Assembly: GCA_030833525.1 (NCBI GenBank)
Contig: JAURGZ010000004.1
Location: 8,019-72,018 of the forward strand
Direction: 5' to 3'
Origin: Bacteroidota bacterium
GTDB lineage: Bacteria; Bacteroidota; Bacteroidia; NS11-12g; UBA955
Length of the DNA: 64,000 nucleotides
This document shows positions 57,576 through 64,000 of the stretch, piece after piece. The notes under the pieces were generated by a model, which did not search any database, was not told where the DNA came from, and saw only the letters and a program-made list of their open reading frames with translations. Position numbers and translations under genes: made by a program. Positions within the stretch are counted from its first letter, which is position 1. Each line of letters begins with the position of its first letter.

Positions 57576-58340
57576 TTAGTATCTCAAAGTAAATTGTTCT
57601 GACGCTTGTTCGGGACGATCGAAGAGACAGATTGTCCAAAATAAATCCACGCCAATGTTAAAAGAATTAGAAAAACGCAGCCAGGAAGCCCAGTTACGGG
57701 TCGTCTCGCTATGTTGTACGTTGTAAATCCAAACCGATTGGGGCTTGACCGATAGGCGATCCCAACATTCAAACCACTCATCTTTGTTTTGACGGCTCAA
57801 CCAAACGGCGTCAATCAAAATCAAATCCTCGCGATCCCAAGTCAAATGCCAATCCAAATCAGCGTGAATTTGCCAAGATTGAGCCGGTTGAGCCACGAGA
57901 TCCAAGGTAGTTTGCAAATAAGGCAACCATCCAGCATGGTCCAAAAAAGCATGGACCTCGGGCTGAATCCCAGCCTCTAATTCCAGGCAATAGGCGGGTA
58001 GGAGGCCCAATCCAGTGCCATAATGCAGCAAACGCTGGGGTCTATGCTGAAGAATATGCTGACGCAGAAGCTGGCCGTATTTACTGGATGGCTCTCTTTC
58101 TTGAACCCAGGAATGCAAAGATTTACCCGCCTCAAAATCGAGTTTCTTTCGACTGTTAAGGGACTGGGTACGGGCCCATTCGACAAGATGATGGGAATGC
58201 AGCTTGGGTGCATACAGTACAGAATCAGCCCAGTGATACACAAAAGGAGAGTGGGTCCCGTGCAAGGAGTTGGACTTGATTAGGTAGCCCAAATAATCAA
58301 AGCCGGTGAAGACCTTATGAAGCATGCTGGGAACGCGCAT
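57576..58340 (-). CDS. Hypothetical protein, possibly class I SAM-dependent methyltransferase-like
   Basis: LLHYGTGLGLL resembles methyltransferase motif I, and LILIDAV resembles motif II. The overall assignment is weak. It overlaps the DUF349 gene's 3' end. Confidence 0.35.
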   Translation of the reverse strand: MRVPSMLHKVFTGFDYLGYLIKSNSLHGTHSPFVYHWADSVLYAPKLHSHHLVEWARTQSLNSRKKLDFEAGKSLHSWVQEREPSSKYGQLLRQHILQHRPQRLLHYGTGLGLLPAYCLELEAGIQPEVHAFLDHAGWLPYLQTTLDLVAQPAQSWQIHADLDWHLTWDREDLILIDAVWLSRQNKDEWFECWDRLSVKPQSVWIYNVQHSETTRNWASWLRFSNSFNIGVDLFWTICLFDRPEQASEQFTLRY

Positions 58341-60123
58341 CGCGAAGCATGCGCGCTTCTTCTGAGGCTTTGGCCATTTGCTGTTTGAGTTGTTCTATTT
58401 TATCATCAAACTGCTTGAGAACAGCATCGGCATTCTTGGCCAAAGCAAAGAAGCTCTTGTTGTTTTCAATGGTCAAAATTTCTTCTTTGATTTTGGCAAT
58501 TCTATCTCGAATTTTTCGCTCTTCGGCATTCATGCGAGAATCAGCGTTGGGTCCTTGAACCAACTTGTCAATGTTGGTTTTCATTTGGGCTCTACGCTGA
58601 TTTTGAGCCGTTTCACGGTATTTGCCAAACAACTCATCGCAAAGCGCTCTGTATTTGTTGTTGAGCGAGTGAAAACGTTTTCCTGAAACAAAACCGGCCT
58701 CGTTCCATTCTTTTTGCAACCCTTTCAACTCTCCAAACATCTTGGAAATGTCAGACTCCGTTTTCAAAGCCTCCAATTTGACCAAGACCGCTTCTTTCAA
58801 TTGAACAGCGCCAGATTCCTGCTCCTTGCGCTCAGACATCCATTGCTTTCTGCGGGTGTAAAAATTGTCAAAAGCGGCTCTGAAACGGTTCCATATGCCT
58901 TCATTGTGCTCTTCGGGAACGGGGCCAATGGCTTTCCATTTATCTTGCAAGGCTTGAAGCGCATCGGCCGTTTTCTGAAAATCCTCGCTATCCTGCATGG
59001 ACTCAGCTTCAACACAAAGCTTCAATTTGGCGATTAAATTCTCTTCGCGAGCTGAATCCAACTGCTTAAAGAACTGCTTGCGCTCGGTGTAAAAACCATT
59101 GCGTGCGGTTTGAAAACGTTTCCAAATTTCTTCGTTTTGTTCAGCTGGGACAGGACCTATGGTTTTCCATTCTTCCATCCAAGCATCTACCTGTTTGGAA
59201 ACCTGTGACCATTCGCGAGGGCTGCTGGGAAGTGCCGCCAAGGCTGTTTCTGCCTTTTCAACAAGCAACATTTTCTGCTGCAAATTGACTTGGCGCTCGG
59301 CGTCAATACTGGCCTGTTGGGCCTTTTTAATTTGCAAAACTCCATCAGAAGCCGATTTGAAACGGCTCCAGATTTCTTCTGAAATCTCCTTGCGCACCGG
59401 GCCGGTATTCTTCCATTCTTCGTGGATTTTATTCAATCCAACCATGGCTTTGCGAATGCTGGATTCTTCTTTCAAAGCTTCGGTTCGCTTGATCAAATCG
59501 ATTTTGGTTTCGAGGTTTTTCTCGCGATCCAAATCTTTCAATTCCATGTAAATGGAATGGTTGTCGTAAAATTGATCTACCGCCAGTTTATAGGCTGCAT
59601 AGAGCTCTTCTTGATGCTCATGGGGTATGTGGCGAATTTCTTTCCATTGACGCATCAATTCCCGCATTTCACCCAATGAGCCTTCTGTTTCTTCATGGGC
59701 AGCCAATGCCTGGATTTGACCCAAAATGGACTGCTTGAGCTTCAGATTCTCCAATCGTTCTGCAATGGCCTGCTTGCGCTGTTCTTCTCGCTTGGCTTTA
59801 AAGGCCTCTACGGCTTCCTGCAATCGATTTTTCAGCGGATCGTGAGGTGGGACAAAATCGCGAACCTCTTTGCCCGATTCGATCCATTCTTTGATTTGCT
59901 GAGGTCTTTCACGCTCCAAACACTGATCAAATGCCCCTAACAGGGCGTCGAATACCGCTTGGCTATCATCCTCTAGCGGGGTATTGATCATGTTTTCAGC
60001 AAAGGCCAGCAAGGCTTCTTTGTCCATTTTGTGAAAGGCGTGGCGAACCGTTTGCGGGTCTGCTTGCATCAGGGATTCAGCCATCTGCAGTTCACTGCTG
60101 TAATTTTCAGCATGTTGGGTCAT
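58315..60123 (-). CDS. DUF349 repeat protein
   Basis: It carries five or more repeats of E(E/K)WK.IGPVP.E.NE.IW.RF....FY, each about 65 aa long. Confidence 0.8.
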   Translation of the reverse strand: MTQHAENYSSELQMAESLMQADPQTVRHAFHKMDKEALLAFAENMINTPLEDDSQAVFDALLGAFDQCLERERPQQIKEWIESGKEVRDFVPPHDPLKNRLQEAVEAFKAKREEQRKQAIAERLENLKLKQSILGQIQALAAHEETEGSLGEMRELMRQWKEIRHIPHEHQEELYAAYKLAVDQFYDNHSIYMELKDLDREKNLETKIDLIKRTEALKEESSIRKAMVGLNKIHEEWKNTGPVRKEISEEIWSRFKSASDGVLQIKKAQQASIDAERQVNLQQKMLLVEKAETALAALPSSPREWSQVSKQVDAWMEEWKTIGPVPAEQNEEIWKRFQTARNGFYTERKQFFKQLDSAREENLIAKLKLCVEAESMQDSEDFQKTADALQALQDKWKAIGPVPEEHNEGIWNRFRAAFDNFYTRRKQWMSERKEQESGAVQLKEAVLVKLEALKTESDISKMFGELKGLQKEWNEAGFVSGKRFHSLNNKYRALCDELFGKYRETAQNQRRAQMKTNIDKLVQGPNADSRMNAEERKIRDRIAKIKEEILTIENNKSFFALAKNADAVLKQFDDKIEQLKQQMAKASEEARMLRDARSQHAS

Positions 60124-60141
60124 GGTATTGTTATTGGGAAA

Positions 60142-60618
60142 TTAAAGTCGTTGCAAAAGATGGAGCAGGGTATCGGCCGCTTCTTGACCTTTGTCACCTA
60201 CCGAACCACCGGCGATTCGAGCCAGGGCTTGTTCTGTGTTCAGGACCGTCAAAACCCCGAAAATACAGGGCTTTTTATAATCCAAACCCACGCGCAAAAT
60301 GCCTTGGGTACAGGCCTGACTCACGAAGTCAAAATGAGGAGTATCGCCTTTTATTACGGCTCCTAAGCAAATGACACCATCCAGCTGGTGCTGCTCAAAA
60401 AGGGATTGGGCCCCTAAGGGAAGTTCAAATGCCCCTGGAACTTCTAACAAGCGAATGTGGTTGGCTTGGAAACCCAAATCCAACAATCGCGATTGTGCAC
60501 TGTGAAGCAGAGTGCCCACAATTTCTGCGTTCCAAGCCGTGTACACGATTCCCACCCTCGACGTATGAATCCACTCGAGTGAGGCAGGAGGCGAAACAGA
60601 AAAGGTAGAGCTTGACAA
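60142..60618 (-). CDS. ribH: 6,7-dimethyl-8-ribityllumazine synthase
   Basis: Lumazine synthase fold motifs (GIVYTAWNAEI..., GAFELP, VLTVLNTEQALAR). Confidence 0.9.
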   Translation of the reverse strand: MSSSTFSVSPPASLEWIHTSRVGIVYTAWNAEIVGTLLHSAQSRLLDLGFQANHIRLLEVPGAFELPLGAQSLFEQHQLDGVICLGAVIKGDTPHFDFVSQACTQGILRVGLDYKKPCIFGVLTVLNTEQALARIAGGSVGDKGQEAADTLLHLLQRL

Positions 60619-60646
60619 GGAGATACAGTAGCAGGAAGGAAACCTG

Positions 60647-61333
60647 TTAGTTCAATTCTCCAAGAAGCCCTTTGAGCTGATTGATATACATATCAGCATT
60701 TTGGACATCTTGACCCAATTCTTGAGAAAGGGGGTATTCGTCTTTCAAGACCTGCCAGCAGCGAAGTGCGGCTTTGTAATCTTTGTTCAATGTGTAGTGC
60801 TGTGCAGCTTTTACATAGTTGCGAGCCGTAAATTCATTGTCCCCCAACTTGGCAGCGCGCTCATACATCTTGGCAGCCTTGCCCATATCATTCAATTCTG
60901 AATAGCAAGCCGCTTGAGCAGCCAACACCTGGGGACCTAAAACCGCATCACCCATGCGAGCCAATTCCAGGTAATCCAAGGCCTTTTGAAACTCACCCGT
61001 ATGCAAATATGTCAAACCTGCCATCAAAGCAGCTTCACTACCTTTCTTGGTACCGCCAAACTCGTCGGCAATAGAAGGAGCAGAGGCTATTTTCAACGCT
61101 TTGTTACCATTCAATACCATCTGAGTGGAGTCGTTCATGAAATAATACTCCAATTTGGCCAACTTCTCGGCCGCCTTGCTTTCCTGAGCAGGCATATGAA
61201 CGCCGTACCAATAGTAGGAACCACCGGCTATGATGACGATAGCCGCACCGACCATTTGAACGGTTTTCTTATTCTGGTTGTAAAACGCTCCGGCAGATTG
61301 GCGGAGATTCTGGGTGATTTGTTTAAAATCCAT
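60647..61333 (-). CDS. Tetratricopeptide repeat protein with N-terminal membrane anchor
   Basis: TM (VQMVGAAIVIIAGGSYYWY) followed by TPR-like helical repeats. Confidence 0.7.
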   Translation of the reverse strand: MDFKQITQNLRQSAGAFYNQNKKTVQMVGAAIVIIAGGSYYWYGVHMPAQESKAAEKLAKLEYYFMNDSTQMVLNGNKALKIASAPSIADEFGGTKKGSEAALMAGLTYLHTGEFQKALDYLELARMGDAVLGPQVLAAQAACYSELNDMGKAAKMYERAAKLGDNEFTARNYVKAAQHYTLNKDYKAALRCWQVLKDEYPLSQELGQDVQNADMYINQLKGLLGELN

Positions 61334-61381
61334 GGGAAATTCTAAGAGGGGGCGAATATAAGAATGTTTGACTTATGCCAA

Positions 61382-62380
61382 TCAATCTTGAATAAAGGGG
61401 TAATTGTCTTCTACGTAAACATCGCGGTAAAGCTCTGACGCATCAGGGTAGGGAGAGTTTTCAGCAAACTCCACACTGGCATTTACTTCAGCAACAATGG
61501 CATCTTCCATAGCTTCGAGTTCAGCTTCAGTCGCGTATTTCTTTTTCAAAATGGTCGCTTTGGTTGTTTCAATGGGATCTTTCTCCTTGTAAGCTTCCAG
61601 TTCTTCTTTGGTTCGGTATTTAGCCGGGTCACTCATGGAATGGCCGCGGTAACGATAGGTTTTGATCTCCAACAACGTTGGACCTTCACCCTTGCGAGCG
61701 CGTTCAGCCGCATCAGCAATGGCTTCGTGCACGGTTTCGCACTTCATTCCATCTACTTGAAAACTGGGCATATCATAAGCCGCCCCGATTTTGTAAATAT
61801 CCAGTACGTTGGTAGTGCGCGCCACGCTGGTTCCCATGGCGTATTCGTTGTTTTCGCAAATGAAGATGGCTGGCAATTTCCACAGCATAGCCATGTTGAA
61901 AGCTTCGTGCAAAGCACCTTGACGAACCGCACCATCGCCAAAGAAAGTCAGGCTGATGTTCTGGGTTCCTTGGTATTGTTCAGCGAAAGCCATACCGGCT
62001 CCCAACGGGATTTGAGCTCCTACAATACCATGGCCTCCAAAGAAGTTCTTTTCCTTAGAGAACATGTGCATGCTGCCGCCTTTTCCACCCGAACAACCCG
62101 TGGCTTTGCCATAGAGTTCAGCCATCACGCTATCTGCACTCATGCCCATGGCCAAAGCATGGCCGTGGTCACGGTAAGCCGTAATCACTTTATCATCAGG
62201 AGTAATGGCCGTCATCATGCCTGCCACAATGGCTTCCTGACCGATGTACAAATGGCAAAAACCTTTGATTTTTTGCTGACCGTACAACTGCGCCGATTTC
62301 TCCTCGAAACGGCGAACCAACATCATGGTTTTGTACCAATTCAGGTATTGTTCTTTGGTGAATTTCATGAATAAGCTCAA
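61382..62380 (-). CDS. pdhA: Pyruvate dehydrogenase E1 component subunit alpha
   Basis: TPP-binding motif (GDGAVRQGALHEAFNMAMLWKLP), phosphorylation-loop region YRYRGHSMSDP. Confidence 0.9.
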   Translation of the reverse strand: MSLFMKFTKEQYLNWYKTMMLVRRFEEKSAQLYGQQKIKGFCHLYIGQEAIVAGMMTAITPDDKVITAYRDHGHALAMGMSADSVMAELYGKATGCSGGKGGSMHMFSKEKNFFGGHGIVGAQIPLGAGMAFAEQYQGTQNISLTFFGDGAVRQGALHEAFNMAMLWKLPAIFICENNEYAMGTSVARTTNVLDIYKIGAAYDMPSFQVDGMKCETVHEAIADAAERARKGEGPTLLEIKTYRYRGHSMSDPAKYRTKEELEAYKEKDPIETTKATILKKKYATEAELEAMEDAIVAEVNASVEFAENSPYPDASELYRDVYVEDNYPFIQD

Positions 62381-62410
62381 AAAGTCGCGACAAAGATAGC
62401 CTCAAAAAGA

Positions 62411-63229
62411 CTAAATCTTGTCCTCAAGATTGCGAACTTGCTCGCGAATCAAACTCATTTCCCGTTGAATGATGCGAAGGGCAGGACCTACGTCATCGCT
62501 GCCCGCTTCTTTGGGCTCTTCGAATTTGGGATTGATGTAGTTGACAAACTTCCAAACTTCAAGCACATCTTGGATTTTGACATTGTATGGCTGATACTGA
62601 GGGTTGGTGCTGCAGAGCAATAGGCTCCCATCTTCTTCCATGCGGTTGTACACGACTTTGAAAACAATGCCTTCATCAGCGGTAACCACGATGTAGGGTT
62701 GCCCGTTTTTGATGTGATTCCAGTCTTGCAAATACTCACCGGTAACAAAAGCACCATCCAATACGGGAGGCATGCTATCACCTGAAATGGGGAAACTGCG
62801 GTATTTTCGATTTTGATTCAAGAATGGCAGCTTGAAAGCGGGCAGAACGCGAATAAAATCAGGGTCCGCATAGCCCGTGGCATAGCCCGCTTTGGCTTTC
62901 ACTGGCACCAATTCTACATTGTCTTCATTGTCAGAATCAACCGTGGTGGCCAAAACTCGAAGGCGCGTACCTTTTACGTCCAAATCAAAACCCTTTTCTA
63001 GCTGTGAGAGTTGACTCTCAGGCACCGATTCCAGGTCTAGGCGGATCAATTTATCGATGTTGACCTGATAAAAATCACTCAAACGAATGAGAACGGGAAT
63101 GCCCGGTTCGGCCACTCCATTTTCGTAACTATTGTAGGCAGACCGTGTAATTCCAAGCGTTTGTGCCACATCTTCTTGGCTGCGTTTTCTGCGTTTGCGA
63201 AGCAATTTTAGGTTGGTGGTTAGGAACAT
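62411..63229 (-). CDS. LexA/CI-like regulator: N-terminal XRE HTH plus C-terminal S24 peptidase domain
   Basis: HTH (SQEDVAQTLGITRSAYNSYENG); S24 catalytic Ser motif (ISGDSMPP) and downstream Lys region. Confidence 0.75.
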   Translation of the reverse strand: MFLTTNLKLLRKRRKRSQEDVAQTLGITRSAYNSYENGVAEPGIPVLIRLSDFYQVNIDKLIRLDLESVPESQLSQLEKGFDLDVKGTRLRVLATTVDSDNEDNVELVPVKAKAGYATGYADPDFIRVLPAFKLPFLNQNRKYRSFPISGDSMPPVLDGAFVTGEYLQDWNHIKNGQPYIVVTADEGIVFKVVYNRMEEDGSLLLCSTNPQYQPYNVKIQDVLEVWKFVNYINPKFEEPKEAGSDDVGPALRIIQREMSLIREQVRNLEDKI

Positions 63230-63334
63230 GACAAGATTTTTAACAGTACAATGGTGGTAAATTTAGCAAAATTTCATGGACTTGCAAATGCAGATGAAAT
63301 GAAGATAAAAAATCCAGAGCCTTACTTTTGCTGC

Positions 63335-63748
63335 ATGAACCATTGGCTGATCAAATCAGAACCCTTCAAATACAGTTGGTCAACATTTGAAAAAGATGGG
63401 AAAACCTTTTGGGACGGGGTTCGCAATTACCAAGCACGAAACAATCTCAAAGCCATGGGACTGGGTGATTTGTGTTTGTTCTACCACAGCAACGAAGGCA
63501 AAGAAGTGGTAGGAATCGCCAAGGTCATCAAAACGCATTATCCCGACCCAACAGCTGATGACGAGCAGTGGGTCTGCGTGGATGTTGAGCCTTTCAAGAA
63601 GTTGACATCACCGGTGAGTTTGATTCTAATGAAATCAGATCCTAGGCTGCAGCAATTATCGCTGATCAAACAATCGCGATTATCGGTTTGCCCGGTCAGC
63701 CGTGACGAATTTGATATTATATTGCAACTGGCAAATGAAGGCGCCTAA
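63335..63748 (+). CDS. EVE (PUA-like) domain protein
   Basis: ORF 63251..63748, with the likely start MNHWLIKSEPFKYSW at 63335. The EVE fold motifs are present. It is divergent from the S24 regulator. Confidence 0.75.
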   Translation: MNHWLIKSEPFKYSWSTFEKDGKTFWDGVRNYQARNNLKAMGLGDLCLFYHSNEGKEVVGIAKVIKTHYPDPTADDEQWVCVDVEPFKKLTSPVSLILMKSDPRLQQLSLIKQSRLSVCPVSRDEFDIILQLANEGA

Positions 63749-64000
63749 ACTCTTGCTCGACCAACAGCGTATCGACCTTATAATCAAAAGGTTTTCAGCT
63801 CAATTGTTCGAACAAGGATGCAATCCCGATTCATTGGCCTTGGTGGGTTTACAGCCGCGAGGGGTTCAATTGGCTCAGCGAATCTTTCAAGAATTGACGC
63901 TTTTGGACCATCGCTTCCACTTGTATGGCGAGTTGGACCACACTCTTTACAGAGACGATATTGGTAGGGGAGAAATTCACTTACCCAAACCGTCTAACAT
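63735..64000 (+). CDS. pyrR: Bifunctional pyr operon regulator / uracil phosphoribosyltransferase PyrR (5' part; runs off window end)
   Basis: My manual translation is MKAPKLLLDQQRIDLIIKRFSAQLFEQ...LALVGLQPRGVQLAQRI...YGELDHTLYRDDIGRGEIHLPKPS, and GELDhTLYRDD is the PyrR hallmark. It is not in the ORF track because there is no stop in the window. Confidence 0.7.
   Translation, partial: MKAPKLLLDQQRIDLIIKRFSAQLFEQGCNPDSLALVGLQPRGVQLAQRIFQELTLLDHRFHLYGELDHTLYRDDIGRGEIHLPKPSN

Noticed and set aside
1-64000. Window-wide scan for CRISPR arrays, rRNA/tRNA genes, transposases, integrases and phage genes
   Set aside because: I saw no arrays of regularly spaced repeats by eye, no tRNA-like GC-rich cloverleaf candidates in any intergenic gap (the largest gaps are 233, 155, 112 and 105 nt), and no ORF with transposase, integrase or phage-structural motifs. 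I report absence rather than forcing a call.

Overview
This 64 kb window looks like a gene-dense core chromosomal segment from a member of Bacteroidota, with about 50% GC. The phylum call rests on two T9SS cargo proteins (one with a type-A and one with a type-B C-terminal sorting domain), a DUF349 repeat protein, a TIGR02757 protein and TAnnTTTG-like promoter motifs. I call about 60 protein-coding genes, almost all housekeeping: maeB, rseP, dnaE, dnaX, recF, trxA, purN, purC, dapD, ribH, pdhA, pyrR, a System-I cytochrome c maturation cluster (ccmC-D-E-F), two two-component systems, a TonB-dependent receptor and others. Genes are tightly packed, with many 4-nt start/stop overlaps and several convergent 3' overlaps. 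I found no rRNA, tRNA, CRISPR array, transposase, integrase or prophage signature. I do not see a convincing novel multi-gene defence or mobile system, and I say so rather than invent one. The observations most worth follow-up are:
- An A10 slippery run inside dnaX with stop codons close by in both alternative frames, the classic arrangement for producing the short gamma subunit.
- An unlisted 59-aa CcmD-like ORF between the ccmC-like gene and ccmE.
- A C-terminally truncated secreted-protein gene on the minus strand at the left edge of the window, missing from the ORF track.
- A LytS/LytTR pair followed by an anomalously AT-rich spacer carrying three phased 9-bp direct repeats and a small XRE regulator gene.
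- A same-strand cluster of a Cys/His-rich secreted peptide, an HMA metallochaperone-like protein and a TonB-dependent receptor.
- A DUF62 SAM hydroxide adenosyltransferase translationally coupled to an ABM monooxygenase.
All functional calls come from reading motifs in the supplied translations and nothing was searched against a database.
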